Part shown: in pieces, positions 37,643-47,665 of the stretch
Layout: each line of letters opens with the position of its first letter
Numbering within the stretch: position 1 is the first letter of the stretch
The notes under the pieces: model-generated
What the model saw: only the letters and a program-made list of their open reading frames with translations
Databases searched by the model: none
Told to the model about the DNA's origin: nothing
Program-made: the position numbers and the translations under genes
From: Selaginella moellendorffii
Taxonomy: Eukaryota > Plantae > Lycopodiophyta
Assembly: GCF_000143415.4 (NCBI RefSeq)
Contig: NW_003314302.1
Coordinates: 389,182-453,181 of the forward strand
Reading direction: 5' to 3'
DNA: 64,000 nucleotides

Positions 37643-40246
37643 ATGTTTGTGACCTTGAATAGATCTAAGCAAGAAGTATCGCGCTTTGCGAGCGCGATCA
37701 AGCAGTGCCGCGACTCGCTCGATCCTCACAAGGGCGAGTTCGTCCACACCCAGATCCTCGCCTCCTCCCACGCCAGCAATGTCTTCCTCTCTAATCTCCT
37801 CGTCGACATGTACTCCAAGTGTGGCCGCCTGGATCGATCGCTCCAGGTCTTCCATGCCGCCGAGTGCCGCAATGTTTTCTCCTGGAACATCATCGTCGCG
37901 GCGTTCGCCCATCACGGGCATCTGGGCGATGCTCGATTCTTCTTCTCTCGCATGCCGCAGGTGGGATCCGTGGCGGCCACCGTTGTGATCCTAGCACTTG
38001 CCGAGGAAGGGCATTTTGCCGAGGCCGAAAACCTGTACTGTTTCATACCTGAGAAAGACACAGCGTCGATGAACGCAATGATCAACTTGTACGGTAGAAC
38101 TGGTGATGTTTCCCAGGCACGAACTGTATTTGACGCGATTAAAAATCCGGACGTGGTATCGTGGACAAGCATGCTTCAGGCAAATGCCCTTTCCGGGCAT
38201 TTGCAGGATGCAAAGAATCTCTTCCGCGCCATGCCTCAAAGAAACGACTACTGCTGGAACACTATGCTGAATGGATTTGCATCGCACGGGGACGTCACCA
38301 CAGCCTGCTTGATCTTGCAACTGATGCCGCAGCATAATGTCGTGTCCTGGACGATCATGCTCACCGCGTATGCCGAAAGGGGGCATCTTGCGTTAGCTTT
38401 GTCTGTATTTGATTCCGTCCCGGCACGGACCGTGCGTTTGTGGAACGCGATGCTCGACGCCTGCGACGAGGTTGGCGAAGCCAAGTTTGTGTTTTGGAAG
38501 ATGCCGTACTGGGATAATGTGTCCTGGAACACGATAATTGCCGCAATGGCACAGAGTGGATGCTTGATTGAGGCCCGCCGTACGTATGGGCAGCTTCTGG
38601 AGCCGGCAAACGAAGGCCCGATTGCGGTGGAAAGCCTTGTACGGAGAAAAGGTGGCGGTGAGGATGATAATACGTCGCTAATCAAGAGCTATGCCGAGTG
38701 CCGGCTTCTTCACGAGTGCGAGATTCTGTTCCGGAACACACCCGTCAGAAACGTTTTTACATGGACGGTTATGATCGCCGCTTTTGCGGAGACAGGCAAT
38801 CTGGAATCGACTACACAATTTTTCCAGAAAATGCCGGCGTGGAATGTTGTTGCCTGGAATATCATCGTACAAGCAAATGCCCAAGGGGGGCATCTGGATA
38901 AAGCCAAAGAGCTGTTTGACTTATCGTCGGCTAGAAGTGTTGTTTCCGCCAATGCCCTGATCGAAGCGTACGGAAGCGAGGAGAAACTATGCTACTCGTG
39001 CCGGATATTCGATCGGATGCCACAGTGGGATTCCTGGACGTGGGTAGCCGTTATTGGAGCGTATGCCGGGAGTGGGAATCTTGACATGTGCGAGAGAGTG
39101 TTCGCAAAGATTCCCGAAAAGGACGTGGTTTCGTGGACCGTGTTAATCCAGGCCTTCGCAGAGAATGGGTATCTTGACAGAGCGGAAATGGCATTTCGGC
39201 TGATTCCTTTCAGAAACTCCGTCTGCTGCAATGTGATTCTCACGGCATATTCCCGGGAGGGGCATGACGTACAAGCAAAGGCCGCTTTTGATTCCATGCC
39301 GTACAAGAGCATCGCCTCTTGGAACATAACTATGACCGCCTTAGGTGCCGCATCTGCAGGTCAAGTCTTCAGGAATATGCCCCAGTGGAATGCCGTGTCC
39401 TGGAACACTGTCCTCTCAGCAAATGCCGCACAAGGGCATTTGGAAAATGCGATCGGCATCTTCCACGCCATGCCACTGTCCAACACCGCGTCGTACAACT
39501 CCATGATCCAGGCGTACGGGAGCAACAGCCGGCCCATGGACGCCCGCCACGTGTTCGATTCCATGGACCAGCGCGACGTTGTGACGTGGAACGTTCTCGC
39601 CCAGGCATTGGCCGGGAATTTCCACGTGGACGAGGCCATGCTAGTGCTGGAAAAGATGCCCCACCACAGCCTCGTGGCGGTCAACTCGATGATCACGGCC
39701 CACGCCCAGGCCGGCCACGCACACGTGGCAAGGCACCTCTTCAAGAATATGCCCGCCCGGAACGTGGTGTCGTGGAGCGCCACCATTGGAGCGTACGCCC
39801 AGGCCGGGTATATTCCCGAATCCCTGGAGCTTGTACGGGCGATGCTGCTGGAAGGAGTGAAGCCAAACGAGGTAACTCTCGTGGCCATTCTCACCGGGTG
39901 TAGTCACTCGGGGCTCTTGCACGAAGCTCGCGAGCTCTTCTTTTTCATAACCAGAGATTTGGAGCTGCGCCCCTCGATCGATCACTACTGCTGCATTGTC
40001 GATCTCTTGGGTCGATCCAAGCAGCTCAACTTTGCCGAGGAGCTCGTCTCGAGCATGCCGTATCGACCGAATACCACCGTGTGGACGACTTTATTGGGAG
40101 CTTGCAAAACTCAAGGCGATTTCCAGCGAGGAGCTAGCGCTGCAAAACAGGCACTAGCACTGGATCCCGAGGGCTCTGGAGTTTACGTCCTTCTATCAAA
40201 CATCTACGCTTCAATCCGGAAAGAGAAACATCTTACGGTGTTCTAG
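37643..40246 (+). CDS. PLS-class PPR protein with a long run of short (~31-aa) repeats and an E domain, 867 aa
   Basis: MYSKCG, repeated MP.. (N/D)VVSW motifs, and an E-domain tail HYCCIVDLLGR...WTTLLGACK...YVLLSNIYA. No DYW. Confidence 0.92.
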   Translation: MFVTLNRSKQEVSRFASAIKQCRDSLDPHKGEFVHTQILASSHASNVFLSNLLVDMYSKCGRLDRSLQVFHAAECRNVFSWNIIVAAFAHHGHLGDARFFFSRMPQVGSVAATVVILALAEEGHFAEAENLYCFIPEKDTASMNAMINLYGRTGDVSQARTVFDAIKNPDVVSWTSMLQANALSGHLQDAKNLFRAMPQRNDYCWNTMLNGFASHGDVTTACLILQLMPQHNVVSWTIMLTAYAERGHLALALSVFDSVPARTVRLWNAMLDACDEVGEAKFVFWKMPYWDNVSWNTIIAAMAQSGCLIEARRTYGQLLEPANEGPIAVESLVRRKGGGEDDNTSLIKSYAECRLLHECEILFRNTPVRNVFTWTVMIAAFAETGNLESTTQFFQKMPAWNVVAWNIIVQANAQGGHLDKAKELFDLSSARSVVSANALIEAYGSEEKLCYSCRIFDRMPQWDSWTWVAVIGAYAGSGNLDMCERVFAKIPEKDVVSWTVLIQAFAENGYLDRAEMAFRLIPFRNSVCCNVILTAYSREGHDVQAKAAFDSMPYKSIASWNITMTALGAASAGQVFRNMPQWNAVSWNTVLSANAAQGHLENAIGIFHAMPLSNTASYNSMIQAYGSNSRPMDARHVFDSMDQRDVVTWNVLAQALAGNFHVDEAMLVLEKMPHHSLVAVNSMITAHAQAGHAHVARHLFKNMPARNVVSWSATIGAYAQAGYIPESLELVRAMLLEGVKPNEVTLVAILTGCSHSGLLHEARELFFFITRDLELRPSIDHYCCIVDLLGRSKQLNFAEELVSSMPYRPNTTVWTTLLGACKTQGDFQRGASAAKQALALDPEGSGVYVLLSNIYASIRKEKHLTVF

Positions 40247-40298
40247 AAAGAAAAGCTCTCGTCTTCGTCTCTTCGTCTAAGTTTCTCGCGGGGTCGTC

Positions 40299-41314
40299 TC
40301 AATTGAGTTGCTGAGTCTGCAAAGAGAGTTTTTTTTCCGTTAGCATCCATTGGTAGTGTTACATACCTTCCAGAGTCCATCGTTGAGATAGTGCATATTG
40401 TCCACTCCAATCCCTTTGTTGATATTCTTTCTGCGAGAGTTTAAACACTTAGCTTGATTGTTTCCAAGCAAACCGGTGGCTCACATGTCGAGAGCAGACA
40501 TTTTCGTGAAGCCTATCGCGAGCGCGTGCTGCTTGCCTTCCGCCATTATGGCCTAGAAATCACGAGAACACGAGTGTGAGAAGAAGCTATCTGTCAAAGA
40601 ATCGTGAAATCGTACCACAGGTGCCTCGGCTGCCACACTTTCGTCCAAGCCACCTCCAGGAGAAGTCAGTCCGGGACACATGATATTTGCTCCGGCGAGG
40701 ACGAACTTGATGGCTCCTCTGTCAACTTGGAGCTTCTTCATCACGGTCGGGTCTGGAGATCACGAAAGCGAAAACCGTTAGCTCGTTTTCTCCTCAGGCT
40801 ACGAACTTGCATTGGTGGAGGAGCCTCAAGGTTGGCATGTAAGGACCGTCTCGGACGTTGAAGAAGAGCGGCACATTGTTGACGAGTATCAGGTTGACAT
40901 GGTTCTGGCTGCAAATGTTGAACCGCAAAAGGTTAGAAATGTCCGATTTAAGTAGCTTAGCTCACCATTTAGCAACGATGACCGGAGATTTTTTCGGCAG
41001 GATATCATCAAGCACGGGCTCCAACTCTGGATACTACACAAACAAAACAAAGTTTGAAGTTTCGGAAAGAAATACTCGAGAAAGAACTTTTCTTTTTACC
41101 TCTTCAGCAACGCTTTGCCGGATTTTTCTTTGAACGGAGGCTTTCACCTGATTCTGCGCGGTTACCTCTTCCTGGCTAAACCTGATACACACAAAAAACA
41201 CACACAGTTAACTTCCATTTCCAGGAAACATTAAGCAAGAAAGACCACAGAAAAAAAGAGAGAAAAAAAAAACATGCGTAGAAAAAAAGTCCATCGTACT
41301 TACTTCTTAAACAT
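40299..41314 (-). CDS. MCTS1: MCT-1/MCTS1 (Tma20) PUA-domain translation reinitiation factor, 181 aa; exons 41314-41304, 41181-41100, 41033-40966, 40908-40811, 40752-40616, 40552-40485, 40430-40367, 40316-40299
   Basis: MFKKF...[56 protein letters not shown] and [18 protein letters not shown]. Exons sum to 546 nt; one intron is GC-AG. Confidence 0.93.
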
Positions 41315-41593
41315 TTCGAAGTTGGAGCCTGGAGAGCAAAACCAAAAAAAAAATCACATCGAAGAAAGGAAAAAAAAAAAAATCAACCACAAGTTCACAA
41401 CACGAAACATCCTAAACTTAACTACATTCATTCATAGTTAACAAAACAGTCGGGCAAGAAGAATCGAGGAGCAAACAGCCAGCGCAATCCGATAATCCGA
41501 TCGAAAAACTCACCGCGATCGCGTGCGCAGCAGCAGCGGCCGCTCCTCAGCTCCTCGGATCGAGCACTGCGATGGATCGAGCGGGGAAGAAAG

Positions 41594-41630
41594 GGGGCTT
41601 TATAGCGCACCCTAGGGTATATAAAGCCCC
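41594..41630. promoter_or_regulatory. Dyad-symmetric candidate core promoter between MCTS1 and TFIIA-gamma
   Basis: GGGGCTTTATA-gcgc-ACCCTAGGGT-a-TATAAAGCCCC: 11-bp perfect inverted arms, each carrying TATAAA on its own strand. Confidence 0.55.
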
Positions 41631-41778
41631 AATGCGCAGTTATAAGCTCTAGGTCGAGAGATATATAAAGGGTTTTCTGTCGTGAGAGTTTGAGCTCCGC
41701 CATCGCTCCATCGCGCCTGGAGCTGCGAGAGGGAGGGAGAGAGAAGAAAGGCGCGCGCGCTAGCGACTAGCGAGGGAG

Positions 41779-42575
41779 ATGGGCAGCTTGGAGCTCTATC
41801 GCAAATCCACCATCGGCATAGGCCTCACGGATGCTCTGGACGAGATGGTAACGAACGGCAGCATTCCTCCTCTTCTCGCCGTGCGTGTGCTCATGCAGTT
41901 CGACAAAGTAAGCTTCTCTTCCTTTTTTTTTTCTTTGTGGAATGAGATGAGATCTCAGTTTTCCATTGGGATTTCTCTTGTTTTTTTCGTTAGTTGTAAC
42001 TTTTCTTTTGCTTTGATCGAGTGAGCGTTTCGTGTTCTTCTTGGCTGCTTGATCGAATTGAGTTTCTCACTGGGAATTTTGGCTTTCTCTGTCTGCTAGT
42101 TGTAACTTTTCTTTTGGTTTGATTGAGCGTTTCGTGTTCTTCGTTTTTGGTTCCCGTTACTAACTCAAATGGTTTTTTTTCTTTTCTTTTCTCCTTGGAT
42201 CCTTACAGTCGATGGGTGAGGCACTGCAGAGCAAAGTGCGAGCTAAGACAACCTTCAAGGTCTGTAAATTAGCCTCTTTTTTCCATAATTTTTTCAAAGA
42301 GAAAGCTTTTCTTGTGCCTCTGATTTTTTTTTCTTTCTTTCGTTGGCATTGCTTGAGGGAACTTGAATTCTTCATGTTTTTTGGTTTTTCATGTTTGTTT
42401 TCCTTGTCCTCTTGTTTTCCTTTGGCAGGGCCACTTGCGCACATACAGGTTTTGCGACAACATCTGGATCTTTTTGCTGGAGAACGCGACGTTCAAGACG
42501 GATAACGAGGTCCAGCATGTGGATCGGGTGAAAATCGTTGCCTGCGACGCCAAGATCCTGGCCCGGCCAGCATGA
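41779..42575 (+). CDS. TFIIA-S: Transcription initiation factor IIA gamma (small) subunit, 108 aa; exons 41779-41907, 42209-42259, 42429-42575
   Basis: [20 protein letters not shown]...VLMQFDKSM.EAL...[19 protein letters not shown]...VKIVACD, with GT-AG introns. Confidence 0.95.
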
Positions 42576-43159
42576 AAATCCCATGAAGGCACGAATGATA
42601 ATATCAAGTAAGTCGTGAAAGGCAAAGCTCTTAGCATTTTGTATTATGGAAGCAGTCTGAATGAAAAATCATGAACCAGATGCGTCGTGGGACACTCTCG
42701 TTTCGTGATTATCTAGTTTGTAGCTGATACAATGTGGAATCACTGCTTAACTGATAACTATATGGTAGCAAATAAATCAAGGGCATTTTGTTCTTGTAGA
42801 TCCCACAAGATGGAACCCCAAGACCTTCAAGGAAAAGAACGTCCGCTTAAACCATGGAAAAAGAGCCATGTCGAGAAAGTTCTATAAATTGTTTATTCAA
42901 AGAATTCAACCAAGCCACAAATTTAATTAGCAGAATAAAATTACTGCAAGGTTTAATTCAATACATGTATCAATTGTTTAGACCGCGCCATGCGACCGCG
43001 ATCTTGACAGCCACCCTTCAGTTCAGATTTGAAACAGTTAATCCAATACGTATAATAATACGATTCCAAGGACATCGTGCATGAAAACATCTTCTAGATT
43101 TGAATATCGAGAAAGTTCCATGGATTGTTTATTTAAAATATAGAAAGTCTGTTACAAAT

Positions 43160-44155
43160 TCACTTGCAACACATTGTCACAAACCCAAATAAGTCATCGA
43201 AGAACCGATCCAACGCCGGAGATGGAGGCCCCAAGTAGAACGCATGGCCGGCATCATCGTATTCCACGACCTGGACGTGCTTGTTTGCCCCCTGTAGACG
43301 TCGTGCGACCTCTACTTGCCTCACGTACAAACAATCCTTGCGCCCAATCGCCATGAAAATTGGCGCCATCTCTCCCGGAACTCGATGTTCCTCCAGGAAC
43401 TTGGGCTGGTTGCAATAGGGATGATCGCGATCGGCCCCAATTGGGAGCGCGAGCTTCCAGCAGAGATCCGAGCTCTCCATGGTGAGGATCTCGCCATTGG
43501 CAAACTCCACCTCCGAGTCCTTGCGGTCCATGCCGCCGTAGAAAGGCTGGACGAGGACGACTCCCACGACTTTGATCGTGGGATTTTTCGTTTCCTCGAC
43601 GTTCTTGAGCTCCTGGCGGAAGAACCAATCCAGTGCCGAGTGTTGGGCGATGTTTCCCCCAGCGCTATCGCCCGAGATGAAAACACGGGATAAATCGCCA
43701 TGGGAGCGAATCCAATCCTCGCCCAAGCACTGTGGTTCTTGGAGCCATTGCAGGGTTCTAGCGGCGTCTTGGTACGCTGCCGGCAGCCGGTGCTCGGGAG
43801 CGAGCCTGTAATCCACAGAGACCACCAGGGCTTTGAGATTTCTCGACATGGATTCACAGAAATAGTGGAAAAAGTGAAACTTTGGGGTGAAAACCAGGAA
43901 TCCACCACCGTGGAAGTAGACGAACACTGGCAGCTTCGAATCGTGCTCGCATTCCGGGAGGAAAATCCGTGCCGAGAGGCCTGAAATCTCATCAATCACA
44001 ATGTCCTTGGACGCAACACCTTGTACAAAGTGAGGAATTGCTGGGATGGATTCCAAAGGCTGCCTGGTGGCAGCAAAGTCGTTGTAGTTTGGATCATCCT
44101 TGTTGTCGATGGGAAGCCCCGGGAGAGACGCCTTAATCCAGTGGAGTAGCGCCAT
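43160..44155 (-). CDS. Carboxylesterase (CXE/GID1-like alpha/beta hydrolase_3), intronless, 331 aa
   Basis: YFHGGGF oxyanion motif, VSVDYRLAPEHRLPAAY, nucleophile GDSAGGNI, catalytic Asp (GRKDCL) and His (AGHAF). Confidence 0.93.
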   Translation of the reverse strand: MALLHWIKASLPGLPIDNKDDPNYNDFAATRQPLESIPAIPHFVQGVASKDIVIDEISGLSARIFLPECEHDSKLPVFVYFHGGGFLVFTPKFHFFHYFCESMSRNLKALVVSVDYRLAPEHRLPAAYQDAARTLQWLQEPQCLGEDWIRSHGDLSRVFISGDSAGGNIAQHSALDWFFRQELKNVEETKNPTIKVVGVVLVQPFYGGMDRKDSEVEFANGEILTMESSDLCWKLALPIGADRDHPYCNQPKFLEEHRVPGEMAPIFMAIGRKDCLYVRQVEVARRLQGANKHVQVVEYDDAGHAFYLGPPSPALDRFFDDLFGFVTMCCK

Positions 44156-47100
44156 AGCTCTCTTCCTTTCTTCTACACAACAGCTTAAAATGATCTATCT
44201 CTCTCCAACTCTGAATGTCAAAAACCTTTACACACCGTCCCACCCCAGCTCTGATGTCAAAGACCTTTACACCGTTGCACGAAATTCACGCAATAAGAAT
44301 TTCTCAAAAATTTCAAAGCTTAATGCTGGGTATTTAAGTTTATTTTTACTTGTTAACTATGACAACATTTTAATTTTAAATCATTGTTTAAAATTAGAAA
44401 AAAAGAGAGAATATTTTCAATTCATTTACAGCTAGCAACGAAATGCAATTGTATGCCATGCAAAAATATAAAAAATAAAAAATACATGTAAAGACTTAAT
44501 CCTTGAACTATGTGTTATGGTGAAGTGAGCATTTCTTTGTTGAGTTGTAGCTAACGTAAATCACCTTTCCGGTAGCAAATTATAAGACCTCCATGAAAAG
44601 AAGAAAGAATTGAAAATGAAGATCGTGCGATGAGAGACCGGGATTGCCAGCGTTCCCAGCTCTGAGAATTTAAAAGATGATGTCTTAAAGGTGTGTTTAC
44701 TGACCCAATTAAACATTAGCCAAGTGATCCCTTTTCACATTTTTGGTTCAGTTCCTTGTGAATTTTGCTTCTCAAAAGTTACCCCCAACAGTGAGCATGA
44801 TGATGAGAAGTAACCTCTTCTTAGTCTGCTGGTCACTTCTTGATCTGAGAAATCACCAGATCATTTCTGCCACTGATGATCCAGAAATCATCAAATCACC
44901 AAGCCAGATTTGATGATTTCTCCAAGCTCTTGGGAAGGGGGCGTTGATCGTGTTCTGGATGCATCCCTGCCCGACTCATCCTACGGCGTGCACGCCCTTG
45001 ACTAGACATGTTTTTCTGGGTCTGTTAGCGCCCATCTGGAGGCATAAAACCAAAGGGACCAAGTACCTGAGCAGGAGGTATGAAGGCTGGAGCCTACTGG
45101 GACTACGTGACCGTCAGGAAGAACTTGTTGGTGGGCGACCACAAGGATTTGATGTTCTGTCTGCAAATTTTTGCTAGAATCGTCCAGTAAAGAGTTCTTT
45201 TCTAAAGGTGTCACAGATCAAGTTAGCAAGGTTTTCTTGCCATAGGATAGTGAGAAAAACAATGTTAAAAAGTAAAACGTTTAAATGTTTACACCCACTC
45301 CCGGCAGAAGACCCCGAAGAGACTTGTTGGGTTTGGATCTGCCCCACAGTGGACCCTCCTCACACCAGCCGTTCACTCTCCCCACGAAGAACACCCCATG
45401 CATCATTATAAACCTTTGTTAGCCATTGATTACGTTATAAGATTTAATTTCAACCATTTCTTGAGAATATTCTCAAGAAGCTAAAATAATTAGTGATAAT
45501 TAGGTTTTCTTAAGAAAAATGAATCTTAATGTGTTATATATGTTTATAAACAAAAGGTAACAATAGTAGTTTAGTGCTATGAAAAACAACATTGTTTGCA
45601 TTTTCTGGTATATTCTAGTATGTTTTCGTTTTATAGTGTTTTAAATAGTAAACAATCTGTGACAGTATACCAAAGATAACGTCATGTGGAAGCTTATTTG
45701 CCACGTCATCAGGTCGCAAACCTTCTTTGGAGCGTGAATCCAACCATATGACGAGCGCATTGCTCACGATCACAATGAGTCACATTTTGATCCGGTGCAA
45801 CATGGATTCCAGCTCTAGCAAGAACCACGAGTAGAGACCAGAATGAGACAGGAGGTTATGGTGATCTTGCTGCTGGCAATAGAAATTCGAGAAGAAGGGG
45901 ACAGCTTCCAAGCACTGTGATTGACGAGCTTGAGAGATGCTTTGAGAGTATGCCATGGCATTCTTTCTCTTTTCTTCCTCAAATGGGAGCTCCACAGCCA
46001 AGAGGCTCTTATCTTCCTGCTATCAAGAGAAAATTGATGAGGAAATGCTATAATGAGAAGAAAGAGAGAAGCCAACCTCCAATTTGTATGGTGGCATGTG
46101 AGGGGCTTATCTCCCAGCAATTCCACCAAAAACCTTTGCTCACGTATTTTATGTAGAGCTTGTTGAGCTCCTTATACGAACACGCCCTTGGATATGAATA
46201 CACACAACATTATGGTGACATTGACTATAACTTTCCTGTGAATACTCTTCAAGTGTGTGGCGTCAAGCGCAAGCAGTGTCTCTGCATCTTTGAGAGCCCG
46301 CTCATCCTTGCATGTAGAAATTTGTCTTTTCATTTAGAAAAATGTTGGCTGTGCAAAATATCCATTGTCTATCAATGATCTAGTTAGATGATATGCTCAT
46401 TCACGACCTACCAACGTCTCAGCACTTTAACCTACAACTCTGTTTTGCAAAAGCCTTTCGTTGTCTGGACCTATTTAGTTTGTATGCAGTTTAGCCTTTA
46501 TTAGTCAGGATGGAGCGAGGACTCTAACCATCAGCTTTAATTATTTTAATCTTAAAGGAAATACACAAACCGCAACTAGTTTCTACATCCAACATTATTT
46601 AAGCTGGCATCATTGCATAAAGTTGCTTGCATTTGTGCGTTTTGTGTTATATTGTTTATCATAACCATTATTACTTTTCACATGATTTACTTTACATGGA
46701 GTTGCTATTTCTAAAAAAGTCCAAGATTAAAAATTATTTTATGTTAAATTAAAAATTATATTTGTAAATTATTATATCTAATGTATTGGTTCTTTATTAC
46801 TATTCATTTTATTTCTAATTCAGAAAAGCTACTTTTATATAAAAATAAAGAATTATTTTTAATATTTAAGTGAGTCAAGTTATAAAACTCAATAATTATA
46901 TTTAGAATTTTAACGTTTTGCTATTTATAAAATTATAAAATACCTATATTTAGAAAAGTCATTTACAATCAACTTAAGTGTAGCTACATTGCTTCATTTG
47001 TTAATGATTTGAATAAATATGTATTAAATTATAAAGAATTAAAAAAACCATTAAATTAGGTTAATATATGTTAATTTTGATTTTCAAATTAGATTCTAAA

Positions 47101-47665
47101 AAAATTCATCCATGGGAATTATTTATTGATTAATAAAAACATTATATTAATCTCTTCTTTGCATCAAAACCAGAGGGGATTGGATTTTACTACTGGATTT
47201 TACTGCTTTATATCATATTTATTATTAAAAATACTTGTCATTAGATAAATTAAAATTTTATTTTATGTAGTAATATTTTGTTTACTTTGAATTTTTATAA
47301 ATTTAATTAAGAAACTAAAATATTTTATTATGTATTTATTTATATTAAATATCCATTAGTTACCAATATTTACCAATAATCATATATAACAGTAAAAAAC
47401 ACCTTAAAATTTATAAATATATTATAAATTAATTTTAATATTAACATATATTACTTATAAAACCACCACTAAATAGTGGTGGTGAATAAATGTTTTTGAG
47501 TGTTTTTACAAAATAATACATGAGTTTTATTAATTTTCTTCCATGTCGAAATATATTATTATTGAATAAATATAAATAAAATTTTAAGTGTAAAAAATTT
47601 TATTTTTACATTTATTCTCATATTTTGTCTTTAAGAGATTTAAAGTTAGGGTAAGGAATCAAAGA

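Noticed and set aside
43160-44155. Gibberellin receptor GID1
   Set aside because: It retains the catalytic His and GDSAG and lacks a recognisable GID1 N-terminal lid, so it is called a generic carboxylesterase.
44900-46400. Short ORFs between the carboxylesterase and the PPR gene
   Set aside because: No recognisable domains or coherent exon chain.
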